In this document: piece after piece, positions 25,491-39,232 of the stretch
Position numbering within the stretch: position 1 is the stretch's first letter
How the letters are laid out: each line of letters opens with the position of its first letter
Assembly (NCBI RefSeq): GCF_006345805.1
Contig: NC_042997.1
Coordinates: 177,196,001 to 177,260,000 of the forward strand
DNA length: 64,000 nt
DNA from: Octopus sinensis
Taxonomy: Eukaryota
Direction of reading: 5' to 3'
Notes under the pieces: model-generated
What the model was told of the DNA's origin: nothing
The model's database searches: none
What the model saw: only the letters and a program-made list of their open reading frames with translations
Program-made: the position numbers and the translations under genes

Positions 25491-27684
25491 CACTTCATCG
25501 CAACCACGGTACTTGTTGAATTGGCCGTTGACTACACAGTAGTTCTTCCGTTATTTGACGGGTCTTATTTTTCGTCTCGCAGGGTGTCCAACAAACATCT
25601 CACCAAGTAAGCTTGATGGGTTTGCCAGTTTAGTCGCCGACAACCCGACCATGCGACAAGTTGTACTGGGTTACATGTTACCAATAGCGCTCAAGAGCGG
25701 TTCATTAAAAGAATGAATGAAGCCCTGTTTAGGTCATCGACTTACTATATTTATAACTAAGCTTCCAAATCAGTTTTGGATATTTAGGAAAAAAAGGTTA
25801 TTATATTTTTAATAAAAGGCAATTTCCATAATTAAAATTAATGGAAACAAAAGAAAATAATCAAAGCGGTTAATGGTATGAATTTGGACAAATAAGTGAA
25901 GAGGGTATTGAATATAAGAAATTTATAATTTTTCAAATTTCTTTCTGAAATAGAGAAGAAAACAAAAGCCAAGAGACGATCGTTCAAAACAAGACACACG
26001 AAAATTTGTGATAAAGAATAAATTCTTCGTTGGATTAACATGTTTTGGGGAAAATGCGGTATGCTTTTGTCCTGCGGTTAGAGGTTAATATGAACATATT
26101 GTTTTGGTTTTAATTCTACATCGTTAGTATAATTTAATTCAATTTTGCCGACAGATAATGCTTAGAGCAATGGCTTTCAATCTTTTGTAGCTCAGCCCTT
26201 CCTTTCATCGAATGGTGATTTACGTACTGTTTGCCGAAACAAATTACAACAGATTATTTTGATAAGAAAGAAACTAATTTTGTGCAATGGTTTATTATCT
26301 TGTTTTCTTATACTTTTCTATCAAGTATGTGTTTTCGTTTTAGATAATTGCACAGAATCGTGTCTCCATTGGTAACTTTTTAGAGAAAATGCTAAAAAAG
26401 CTGGAGGTTTATATAGTGAAATATTATACTGGATCTTAGAGTAACATCAGTCATGTTCCTATTTGTTGATAACACATGCTAATGCTGAAAAAATGCTTTT
26501 GAAAATGTACTCACAATACTAGAATTTTTCTTGGTTTAAAATATTTTATTCACAGCAGCATATAACACTCATTTCTCTCTTATTTCACCCTTGACATTTG
26601 CCGATTCTTTTATAAGTTAACAACACCTTTATCGAAGAGGTGATATTGCCCAGGTTAAGAGTCACTGTATTAAAATGCTCTGTTTTCTAAACTTGCTAAT
26701 CTAACTTGCTAAGAGTTTTCCACTCGTGACTGAGGAAGCCCATGACTGACCCATGCAAAATGCCAGCAATGCCCATGTATGAAGTTATTGTTCCTACGGT
26801 CAACTTCACCCGGAGTAATGTTTACCGCTTCCATTCTCACCGCCGCATCCTCCTACTCGACCGGGCATCGCAAAGTTACTTCGCCAGCAATGGCACAGCC
26901 TAAAATTTTAGGTCTAATAAGGCTTGCGCAGTACCTCACAGATCCTCTCCACCTTACAGACATGATTCAAAGCCAAACCAGAGCAAGATATTCAGTACCA
27001 ATATGAGTCGCAGGCTCAGGAATGTGGGAACGTCATTATCTCGAGTGCAAGCAAAATATCCTCAAAATATTCAATACCCTTCCCTGCATATCTGGCTATA
27101 TATCAGACCGACCTTCTCTTAGGGACATATAGTAAAAAAAGCTGAGGAGAGTGCCTCACACTCAGTGATCTTCCAGCACTCCGGACACCAACCTGGAATT
27201 TCTGAAGGCCCATGCTACTGCTAGATAGTCGTTGAGCCTTGGTTCAAGCAACGCTACACACCAAGCAAGCGTAGTAGGGGATGCCAGTTTAATCGCCGGC
27301 GACCCGACCATGCATCAGGTTGTACTGGATTTCATATTTCCAGTAGCACTAATGAAAGCAACTACAAGTGACCTGACATAATATATTGACTTGACACAGA
27401 TTTACAATATATAATTTTGATGAACCATCACTTTAGACCCTGCTATAAGAATACTTGGAGTTCATAAACTGATCTAAGTAAAATTGTTAGCCTGGTGTGT
27501 CAACAGAGAGCTTATGAAGTATTTTGCCCTGATTAATAATCCCTACCTATCAGCTATACATATATATGTATATATATATACATATATATACATATATATG
27601 TGTGTGTGTGTGTATATATATATACATACATGTGTGTATATATATAGAGGGAGTAAAAACCAAGGAGACTAGTGGTAGTAGTAT

Positions 27685-27915
27685 GGCGGCGAGCTGGCAG
27701 AAACGATAGCACGCCGGGCGAAATGCTTAGCGGTATTTCGTCTGCGTTACGTTGTGAGTTCAAATTCCGCCGAGGTCGACTTTGCCTTTCATCCTTTCGG
27801 GGTCGATAAATTAAGTACCAGTTACGCACTGGGGTCGATGTAATCGACTTAATATCTATGTCTGTCCTTGTTTGTCCTCTCTGTGTTTAGCCCCTTGTGG
27901 GTGATAAAGAAATAG
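27685..27915 (+). mobile_element. Full-length Meta-core SINE monomer
   Basis: ggcggcgagctggcagaaacg head through the gtgggtgataaagaaatag tail. Confidence 0.9.
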
Positions 27916-28169
27916 GGAGTAGTCCGCGCCGGTAAAGTTTGTGTAGAACAAATATAGAAGTGTAGCAACTGAAGTAAAATTACTTTAGTTTATTTACCCC
28001 TGTGTTGAGAAGTTCCCCTAACATTCGCACACATTATTTAATAAGTTTAGTTTAATGCTGGTACATAGGCACATAAATATATACATACGTATATAAGCAT
28101 ACACATACTATACACATATAAATATATATATATACATATATACATATAAATATATACATATATACATAC

Positions 28170-28273
<104 letters not shown>

Positions 28274-29717
28274 GCATACACTTACGTGCAAACATATACA
28301 TGGAGGGTGTATGTGTGTAACAACTTTTATAGTAGTACATCGTTTATTTCATATATATCAACCTACATAGTTTTCTCAGCGGTGCAGTCACTGAAATAAT
28401 GTCACGTAGCACGTTTTCACAACATCTGCACCTGTTGGAAAATGATAGACGTACAAGCAGACGGTAAAAACTGAAGAAGCAGACGATATCATTTCGAAAC
28501 AAAAAGCAACTAATAATTTCAACAAAAATGTATGTAATAAAAACATAACAACGAAACACTCTGGCATACACTCACACACACACAAAGACGTATATTCAGG
28601 TACATACATTCACATACAAATACACGTACGTGCACATACGCACACGCAGATGCAGACATACACGCTTACACACACAACTTATAAGATAAATCTCTTCAGA
28701 TTCACGTAAAACATGTCTTCTGACATCCTCCACATGAACTCTTATCTTAAACAATTAACCTGAAAATGTCCTGAAGTGTAATAGACAATGGGTTAATTTT
28801 GAATGCAGACGTCAGTGATTACGTATATTACTTACAAAAATGGCATATCACAGGTAATTCCTATTGTTTTATTTGTTTGTTTAGTATATTTTGAATAGAA
28901 GTTACATAATGTTTTTCTTTTATTAGATATAATCAAGTATCATTTATCTCTTTATTCTCCATGGTTTGAAAAATACATGAAGAGTTTCCTTTATTATCAT
29001 AAGAATTACGTACATCACGGAAAACATTCGTAAAAGTACTGTGGTAAAAAGATTCTCAGAATCGGTGGAGCATCGGACAAATTACTTTGTGGTGTTTACT
29101 TACGTCCTCTTATATTCTGAGTTCAAATACTGCCAAAGTCAACTTTACATTTCTTGCTTTCAGGATTGATACAAACTTGTCATATCCTGGGGTCGATGTA
29201 ATCGACTAATCCCCTTCTCGTGCCAAATTTTCAAACAATTATTATTATTATTATGTTTCTTCCTTCTTTGTTCAAATTTTCTTCCGTTTCTCGCCGAGTG
29301 TTTTCCATACACCTAGGGCAGAGAAGCTTATTGTACGCATTCCCAGATTACACGTGCAAATTCACAGATAAAATATATATTTAAAAATTAATAAATAAAT
29401 AAATTCATGGATGGATGTTGTTTTCACAGCGATAATGCTCTTTTCAGTACATGAGCCGATCCAGTTAATACGATTTTTTGCACTTCCTGTAGGGTGGTAA
29501 GCCTGGAATCATTTTCAAATAGGTTTCAGTACTTTTTTTTTTATATCATTCCTAGAGATCCTACAATCACTGGTACTGTAGTTGCCTTGAGATGCCGCAT
29601 TTTTTGAATTTCTATTAGCAAGTCTTTATATTTACTAATCTTGTCAAATTCTTTCGCCGCTATATTGTGATCGCAAGGAATACTCATATCAATTAATAAA
29701 CACATCTTTTTTGTCTG

Positions 29718-29828
<111 letters not shown>

Positions 29829-30058
29829 AAAGATTCTGCCAGCTGTAAGCTGGCATTTTGTCCGTCTTTACGTTCTAAGTTGAAAATCCGCCGCTGTTGA
29901 CTTTGCCTTTTATCTTTTTAGGGTCGATAAATTAAGTATCAGTGAAACGCTGGGGTCGATGTAATCGACTAGCCCCTCCTATAGGCCTTGTACATATAGT
30001 AGAAAGGATTATTATTATTATCATTATTATTATTATTGTTATTATTATTATTATTATT

Positions 30059-30684
30059 GAGTGAGAGCGCAGTGCATACCACCAATGTGACACTAGGGTA
30101 AAATATACGAAGCCCAGTATACCCATCATGACTACCCGTCTGATAAGGGTACACTAGGCACATGCATTACAACCATATGTGCGCAACATGGTGATCTCAT
30201 ATCAAGATAAACAGCACATGACTTTGCAGGTAGGGCCCAGTTAGAATTTTCTTCTGGTCGAGTAACCCTTCCTACTCAATAGATCCCTGAATAAGGGTTG
30301 TTTAAGGATGTTGTACGAAACACCCGTGTTTTCAGAGGTGACTTATTCAAACTCCAAAGAATCCCTCTCAACACATGGCTATGATGCTCTCCCACTACTT
30401 CTGCTCGTGATCAGAGATGCACTTATCGTCAGCCACTAAGGGACATGCTGAACTGGTTAAGGTCAAACAACTGACAAGCAAATCTGTGGTATTGAGTAGA
30501 ATATTTGCTGTAGCCCATCTTTTATACCAAGACAAAACAATGTACATGATAACACTTCCAATCAGATAAGATCAGAAGCCATGAAAGCCAATGCCTGGTA
30601 CTGCATCAGGGCAGGTACTGCATCAGGGCAGATACTGCATCAGGGCATGGTACTGCATCAGGGCAAATGTGCTGCATCAGGGCA
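30059..30684 (-). mobile_element. ~625-bp element inserted within (TTA)n, with five reiterated copies of a 16-bp terminal motif
   Basis: (TTA)n on both sides; gtactgcatcagggca x5 at 30,598-30,684; partial homologue at about 47,570-47,740. Assignment to R4/Dong is inference from the TAA target. Confidence 0.65.
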
Positions 30685-30726
30685 TTATTATCATCATCAT
30701 CATCATTATTATTATTATTATTATTA

Positions 30727-30768
<42 letters not shown>

Positions 30769-33135
30769 TATTATTATTATTATTATTATTATTCGACGAC
30801 AGAGGACAATGATTGTCATTCATACTATTGCAAACCATGTTCTGGTAGTATTCACTATCCATGTGACTTCCTGTTCTTTTTTTCTCCTGCATGTAGCAAG
30901 GTAGCAACATTCGTTCCAATTCTTTAACTTCTCTTCAGAGAAGAGGTAACTGAAACCCAAACTAGAAAGCTTATGTGAAAAATAAAAATGAATTTAGAAG
31001 TTGTCTATGATGTACATATGAAAGGGTTCTTTCCACAATCTTCAAACACGTCACGTATATATCGCATCAGTATAGCTTCTTGGATGATTATAACTATGAC
31101 ATTAGTAGCGTAAGTTGAAGTTAATTTCTTGTAATTATTGACATACGAAATAAAACGGAATGAAATACATGGACGAATAGAGAGAACTACTGTTTTGATT
31201 ACCAATCTGAACCTAATCAAGCAAAATTTAAGTATGTTATCTCATCGGATAAATCGCCTTTCACGCAGGATGAAACCGGCATCTAGCATGTAATAGAGTT
31301 ATGCTGCCCCATAGCCAGGTACCATCTCAAAACGACATTCTTAAGTTTCTCAAAGTTAATAATAACAATGAAAAACTTCGTACATTCGGTTCTTGTTTCA
31401 CAATGTGGTTTCCTACCTTTGATTGATATATTGTTGTATAGTCATACGACACGTCACCTCCTTTGGATTTTCTCTCCTTCTGGTGGCAAGATATCATTAA
31501 TGCTTCTTTTTTCTCAGTAGAAGTAAATTTAGTTAAAAATTCAATACAAAGCATTCTGTGAAAATTAAATTTATATATTTTGTGTGTGTGTTGTTTTACT
31601 CTCTTTAATTATATCATTTTTGCATATTTAATTCATATCTCTTGGGTTGATTTTGGCTTTCATTCTGAAATAGATAAAACTTTGTTGCCAGATATCAAAA
31701 TGAGCTGGAGAATAGCAGAATAGGTAGAGTGGGGGACAAAATTCTTTATGTTGTTTGCATTCTGAATTTAAATCTGCCTGAGGAGTTTAAACCTGACTGA
31801 AGTTGACTGACCCTGTCAGAGTCGATATAATCAGTAATAGTCTCGAGTGTTGCGGTCGATTTCATTAACTATACACAATTTATGAGGGCAGATCAAAGTC
31901 AACATTTGCAGAACTGAATCATTGGTTTATCATTCTCTGCCTTCGTAAAAAGGTTCACTGTATACATTCTACATTGACATCAGGTTGGGATATATGTGAC
32001 GACTTGCTTGAGAAGGAACTCTAATTTGAAACACTTGGGAAACCAAACACAAAGTGAGCTTTCCTGCATATTCTGCCTATATAACCAAAAGATGGGGAAT
32101 ATTCAAATTTCCATATGTTCTTGCATTTTTGGTGGACAAAACTCTAAGTTTTTCTGCCCGCAAAAGTTGCATTATATTGTTACTACGTAGTTCCAGATCA
32201 GCTGTGGTTGAGCACACCTAGCCATGACCACGTTATTTTTTAACTCCAAAGCATACTGTATCTCTTACTACATCAGCTAATTTAAGCCATTTCTTTAAAG
32301 ACAGAAGTATGTGAGATCATTAGTATCATTACATAGCAGAATCAGCAGAATGTCGGTCAAAATAACATGGATTTTCTTCTCGAGATTTCTTGCTCTGAGT
32401 TCAAAACCTCACCGACGATAACATCATTCACCTATAAGCTTCGGTAAAACAAATTTTATTCAAATAATTGGATCGATTTAATCAACTGTTCTTCTCCCAT
32501 AAAAAAAAAATTATTAATGGCTTCATAACTAAGTTTCAAACCTATACAATTATTATTACAAATAGCATAATCGTTATTGTAATCTCTGTCGTTCTTACTA
32601 TTGCATAAGCGAAACAACTAAAACAAAAGCATTATGGCCATTAAAAAACTAAGTAGTGTGCGTAGTGGGGGCGATTTAACCAACCATATGTGTCCACTTT
32701 AGATTTATAGCCTTATACCAATGTTTCAGATTGTTTCGTTATTAACATATTTTTCGTAACGATAGTGTAATTTATTTTAGACGTTTGTATTGGTGAAGCG
32801 TGGATAGCTTTATTGATATCGTTACATTGCAGCAATGTTGTTCTCTACGTCTACGTCTACATCTGCAATGGAATAACACGGTTTTATTGTTATTTCCCTG
32901 TATTTCTCTATCACATTTCTACTTTTAAAATTGTTAAATGTACCTAACACCAAAATTGAATTAAATATATTGTAACAGAGAAAAAAAAACTACATAATTT
33001 CTACTATTGTATGTTAGTTGCGTGGTATGTCGCCTGCTGTTTCAGTTGGCTGTGTGATACAATATATCTATCTTTATCCTTTCTATGTCAATAAAAGCAT
33101 TCATCTCCTTTCCCTCTCTCCCCCCTCTCTCTCTG

Positions 33136-33166
<31 letters not shown>

Positions 33167-33391
33167 TTAATATGAAACATATATGTAGATACATATGTAT
33201 AAGATAGATAGATTCATAGATTGATAGCTAGCTAGACAGATAGATACGTGAGTAGGCAGGCAGACAGACAGACAGGTAGGTAGGTAGGTATATAGATAGA
33301 CAAACAAACAGAAATAATATGTGATACTTAAATCTATATAGCACATTAAAATAGGATTTCGTTATTGAAATCCTATTTCTTTATTGCCCAT

Positions 33392-34135
33392 AGAGAGGAC
33401 AAACAGGGACAGACAAAAGAATTAAGTCGATTACACCGACCCCAGTGTGTAACTGGTTCTTAATTTATCGATCTCGAAAGGATGAAAGGCAAAGTCGACC
33501 TCGGCGGAATTTGAACTCAGAACGTAGCGGCAGACGAAATACCTATTTCTTTACTTCCCACAAGGGGCTAAACACAGAGGGAACAAACAAGGACAGACAA
33601 ACGGATTAAGTCGAATACATGACCCCAGTCCGTAACTGGTACTTATTTAATCGATCCCGAAAGGATGAAAGGCAAAGTCGACCACGGCGGAATTTGAACT
33701 CAGAACGTAGCGGCAGACGAAATACCTATTTCTTTACTACCCACAAAGGGCTAAACACAGAGGGGAAAAACAAGGACAGACAAACGGATTAAGTCGATTA
33801 CATGACCCCAGTGCGTAACTGGTACTTATTTAATCGACTCCGAAAGGATGAAAAGCAAAGTCGACCTCGGCGGAATTTGAACTCAGAACGTAGCGGCAGA
33901 CGAAATACCTATTTCTTTACTACCCACAAAGGGCTAAACACAGAGGGGGAAAACAAGGACAGACAAACGGATTAAGTCGATTACATGACCCCAATGCGTA
34001 ACTGGTACTTAATTTATCGACCCCGAAAGGATGAAAAGCAAAGTCGACCTCGGCGGAATTTGAACTCAGAACGTAACGGCAGACGAAATACGGCTACGCA
34101 TTTCGCCCGGCGTGCCAACGTTTCTGCCAGACCAG
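33392..34135 (-). mobile_element. Meta-core SINE tetramer, 183-bp period (one headed unit plus three headless units)
   Basis: Junction gaaata-cc-tatttc at 33,536, 33,719 and 33,902; the head is present only at the 34,080-34,135 end. Confidence 0.9.
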
Positions 34136-34576
34136 TCACAAATAATCGTGGCTCGATTCGTGCGCATTTCTAACGTGTTCGTTTCTGTCATCATTAGTGG
34201 GTGATTACAAACCGGCAGTCAAACAGAATATAATTCCAAATATACAATATGGTGGGCGAACCAGAAAATTATAAGAAGCATTAGAGGATCTTTTATTTTA
34301 TCTTAGATAATGGAAATATTTGAAGTGAGATTGTTACTTTGGCTTTTCAGTATATTACCATTTGAAAACATTGCGCATCAGGCCAGATCCAAGCATTGTA
34401 TTTTTAATGTGTATCAATTGCCTCTTTGTTTGTTTTCTTTTGCATTTCATTGAATTCTTTATAAATTATTTAAACATGAAATATTCTTTGTTTCGATGAG
34501 TTATTTGTCACACACACAAACACAAATACATACACATACACACACACAAACACACACACATACATATAATATATAT

Positions 34577-34621
<45 letters not shown>

Positions 34622-35964
34622 AAGTCGAATTTAAAGTTAAATTAAGGTTTAGAAAGCAAGCGTTAAACGCAGTATCCAAACCTTTCAGAGTAAGACCCAG
34701 GTAGTGTGCCTTCGGAGCACATTCACCACTTATGGCCACCAGGCGTCATCAGTATTCATCGTCATTTGAATTCATCGTTGGATCTACGTCCAGAAATCCC
34801 AGGGTGCACGTAGGGTATATCATAAAGACTAGCACTATGACCCGGCGTTGCTAGTTTTGTGCTAAATCCCTTTCTTTGTTTTCGAAAATTATGTTCACCT
34901 TTCCAACCCATATGCTTTTTAACGCGTTTAGCCGAGCCTCTGCAGATTCTGAGCCCACCCAAAGGTGAAGCTGCACTGAGTAATTAATCATCGCAAATTT
35001 GGCGGTTTTGTTGAAGATGAAGAGGGAGAATGTTAGAAAATCGATAAAGGCCACCATGAAAGCGAACCTTCACCAACAAAAATGAAATGAATAATCAGGG
35101 CTGACAAAGTTTCCAAATTTCCTAGCGAGCGGGAAAATGTGACTGGAAATTAATTAGCATCTCAATTTTCACTCGTATCTCAAAACACAAAAGCATGAAA
35201 TTTCGCTTAAAAAAATCTTTGTATCTTAGGTCATTTGTACCTCAAGTTAGGGCTAAAAGAAAAGGTTGCCGTCAATTTAAATGCGGAAACCCGCAAGGAA
35301 TAGTTTTATTGAGTTTCCACTGATTGCTTATAGGCCGGCCATAAGCAAGTAAGAAATGTTTATAAGATGTTTCTTACTTCCTATTCTTGAACATCCAACG
35401 TAAAGCTGAACATGGGTAAAACAAGGCTCTTCAAGGTGTAAACTAGCAATTGTAAATGTTTTCCCTTGCGATTTGTAAATGGTCATGGCAAAACTAAGAC
35501 TAGCTGGAAACTAAAGTCGTTTGAATTGAAATGCAACGTCTTCACCTGAGTCTATGCAACAGAGGCTCTTATGCATTTATCATCTAATCGATACATCTTA
35601 TGCTGGGAGAGAGACAGATACAAAGAGGGGATCTTTTTTATTATTACTGTCCAGATTTTGAAATTTTAAAATGAAGTGAAATTTTTAAAATTCGGTATAT
35701 TGATGTGATTTTTCACGCTGAAACCAATTTTGTGATTCATTTTCTTCCAGAAAAATCTCGGAAAAATGTTACAGATTGTTTAAAGTTTGATCAATTTTAC
35801 CCAATCATAAAACAGGATTTGGAAGCTAGCACGTTCTGCGTGATAGCTGTACATCAGAAAATGAAAGCAATTACATGTCATATCGAGAGAGAAAGAGAGA
35901 GTGGGAGCGAGAGGGAGAGAGAGAGTGGGAGCGAGAGGGAGAGAGAGAGCGGGGAGCATCATGT

Positions 35965-36174
35965 GTGGTGACCGCGTGTGTACCGTTGGCGATTTTTTTC
36001 TCTCCGTCTTCCCTTCTTTGGATCTTTCCTTTTCCTATGTTTCTGACGAAGAGCTCCGCCCGAAACGTTAAACCCCCCCTTCTTTCCTTCCTTCCTGAGC
36101 GTCCAATAATACTATATTTGTTCCACGTCCTCGCGTTGTTGTGCTTTCTCTTTGTGTTTTCATGTTTGGATTAA

Positions 36175-36178
<4 letters not shown>
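35965..36178 (+). mobile_element. Penelope-like pseudo-LTR (~215 bp) with HHR, ending in (TA)n
   Basis: Homologous to 48,983-49,190 and 50,420-50,625 on the minus strand. Confidence 0.7.
36039..36073 (+). ncRNA. Minimal hammerhead ribozyme
   Basis: GTTT-CTGACGA-A-GAG ctccg CCC-GAAAC-GTT-AAAC: 4-bp stem I, palindromic AACGTT, one stem II mismatch, extra A after A9. Confidence 0.65.
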
Positions 36179-36218
<40 letters not shown>

Positions 36219-36830
36219 CAAAGAGGAAAGAGGAAAAGAGTGAAAGAGTGTAGTAAATCTATATAGCGTCAAAGACTGACATAGATAAACAGTTATGGCA
36301 GATAGAGAGGAGATTCAGCGTGCTAAAAGTTGAGTGATTTCTCGTATCAAATTATTTATTATTATTATTTACCGAAAACCACTTTGTGATGCAGATTTCC
36401 GGAATCAAATCCGTTATCTCGAGGACACACCTTTTCCGTGCCTTTCGGGGTTATACACACATACATACACATCTCATTTATATATACTAAATATAGGTAA
36501 ATAAATATCGTAATGTAAGAGTTTCAAGTTTTGGCATAAGGCCAGCAATTTCGGAGAGAAGATAAGTCGATAACATCGACCTCAATACTCATCTCATACT
36601 TCTTTCATCGACTCTTAAAGGATAAAAGACAAAATCGCACTCATCGACACTTGAACGCGGAAAGTAAAGGTAGACGAAGTGCCGCTAAGCATTTTGCCTG
36701 GCGTGTTAGCGATTCTGGTAGCTCGCCACCTTAAGAGCTGTAAAGTATTACAGTTCTATATTTAAAAAATGAAGAATTATGTACATTATTTACATTCGAC
36801 GGATATTTGTCCTCACCTTGTTTGTTGTTA

Positions 36831-36857
36831 ACACAACGTTTCGGCTTCTTCAGGTGT
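36831..36857 (-). ncRNA. Hammerhead motif with stem II deleted (left arm)
   Basis: Minus strand reads ACAC-CTGAAGA-AGCC-GAAAC-GTT-GTGT. Confidence 0.45.
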
Positions 36858-36918
36858 TTGGGAAAATTTCGTACCTGGACTCTCATTCCTACGGTATTTT
36901 TCAATGTTGTAGTTGTTG

Positions 36919-36975
<57 letters not shown>

Positions 36976-37122
36976 TCACTGCCTGGAATCAAACTCGGAA
37001 TCTTGGGGTTAGTAGCCCGCACTCTTTAACCACTACACCACTTGCCCGCGGGCATAGTGGTTAAGAGCGCAGGCTACTAACCCCCAAAATTCGAGTTCGA
37101 TTCCAAGCAGTGACCTAAGCAC

Positions 37123-37172
<50 letters not shown>

Positions 37173-37220
37173 TCGAAAAATACCTTAGGAATGAGAACCC
37201 AGGTTCGAAATTTCCCCAAG

Positions 37221-37264
37221 ACACCTGAAGAAAGCTGGAGGGTATATCAGCCGAAACGTTGTAT
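37221..37264 (+). ncRNA. Minimal hammerhead ribozyme (right arm)
   Basis: ACAC-CTGAAGA-AA-GCTG gagggtatat CAGC-C-GAAAC-GTT-GTAT; the first stem II pair and one stem I pair are mismatched. Confidence 0.6.
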
Positions 37265-37619
37265 TAACAACAAACAAGATGAGGACAAATATCCGTCGAA
37301 TGTAAATAATGAAAATAAAGCTGTAAAGTATTTTTAAAGTGTTTTGGATAGTGTAAACATTATCTGATATAGAACTGAATGCGCCGGCTAGAGTGGATAT
37401 GCACGTACTAGTGTATATAGGCATGTGTGTGTGGGCACAACAAACAGTTAGGGCAAGGGTAAGGAGCTATGGGTAAGGAGTGGGGAATTTAGTTGAAAAG
37501 AAATGCTTTAACAACGAAACATACACATACACACACATACACCAGCACAAACATACACGTCAATGCATTCACTTCCTTCCTTATTTCCTCTCCTTCTTAT
37601 CCTCTCCTTTTTCTTCTCT

Positions 37620-37830
37620 TCCTTCATCATCATCTTCTTCTTCTTCTTCTTCTTCTTCTTCTACTTCAACTTATTCTGCTCCTCCTCCTCCTCATCATCA
37701 TCATCACCACCACCATCATCTTCATCGTTGTCGTCGTCGTCATCCTCCTCCTCCTCCTCCTCCTCATCATCATCATCATCATCATTCTCCTCCTGCCCCT
37801 CATCATCATCATCATCATCCTCACTATGGT
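37620..37830. repeat. Mosaic trinucleotide tract (TCA/TCT/TCC/TCG)
   Basis: Directly visible; it explains the poly-S/H/D/L ORFs in the track. Confidence 0.95.
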
Positions 37831-38119
37831 CATTATTGCTGCCCGAAGCAACTATATCAAAAGAGATATGCGAACACGTCTTCTCGCTGAGTGATTTTTC
37901 TTTCAACAAGAATTCGGTAGAGGGAGATTTTTCTCAATAGAACAAACAGTTGACATAATTGAAGTTGCCCGACCATTACAGGAAACCCTAAAGATTTCGA
38001 TATGGATTTACTTCTGATTATACATACATACATGAATACATGCATACATACACATACACACATACATACACACATACATACACACATACATACACACATA
38101 GATATGTGTGTGTATATAT

Positions 38120-38276
38120 ATGAATATATATGTATATACATATATACATATTATATATATATATAATATTATATATACATATATATAATTATATGCATAA
38201 ATATATATATAATATCAATATATATATATATATATAATATATACATATATATAATATATGCATAAATATATATAAT

Positions 38277-38319
<43 letters not shown>

Positions 38320-38411
38320 TATATATAATTATATGCATAATATATATATATAATATACAATATATATATATATATATATATAATTATAATGCATAAATAT
38401 ATATATAATAT

Positions 38412-38455
<44 letters not shown>

Positions 38456-38582
38456 ATATATATTATATATATATAATATACAATATATATATAATATATA
38501 TATATATATAATATAATATATATATATAGATATATATATATATATAATATATATATATATAATATATAATATATATATATAG

Positions 38583-38652
<70 letters not shown>

Positions 38653-38664
38653 CAATATATATAT

Positions 38665-38712
<48 letters not shown>

Positions 38713-38721
38713 ATATATTAT

Positions 38722-38752
<31 letters not shown>

Positions 38753-38969
38753 CAATATATATATATATATATATATATAATAATATACAATATATATATA
38801 TAATATATATAATATATAATATACAATATATATATATATATATATTATATATATAATATATATATAATATAATATATAATATATATATAATATTATATAT
38901 ATAATATACAATATATATATATATTATATATATATAATATACAATATATATATATAATATATATATATA

Positions 38970-39002
<33 letters not shown>

Positions 39003-39006
39003 ATAT

Positions 39007-39095
<89 letters not shown>

Positions 39096-39099
39096 ATAT

Positions 39100-39130
<31 letters not shown>

Positions 39131-39176
39131 CAATATATATATATATATATATAATATATAATATATATATATATAC

Positions 39177-39232
<56 letters not shown>

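Larger units (their letters stand above)
36750..37318. mobile_element. Palindromic composite element: two divergent units of tRNA-like head, (TAA)n and HHR tail, with 14-bp flanking direct repeat
   Basis: Centre tgcccgcgggca (37,043-37,054); B boxes at 36,985-36,996 (-) and 37,093-37,104 (+); agctgtaaagtatt at 36,736-36,749 and 37,319-37,332. Confidence 0.8.

Noticed and set aside
28465-28510. CTGAAGA...GAAAC hammerhead-like motif
   Set aside because: No stem II pairing and no GUH cleavage triplet. Partial motifs at about 9,760, 13,070 and 45,590 also lack one half of the core.
30598-30684. 16-bp repeat x5 as a mini-CRISPR
   Set aside because: Linkers are only 1-3 nt.
33392-34135. Regular tandem array that could be mistaken for CRISPR or satellite
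   Set aside because: The units are whole SINE bodies with no unique spacers, in a eukaryotic context with no cas genes.
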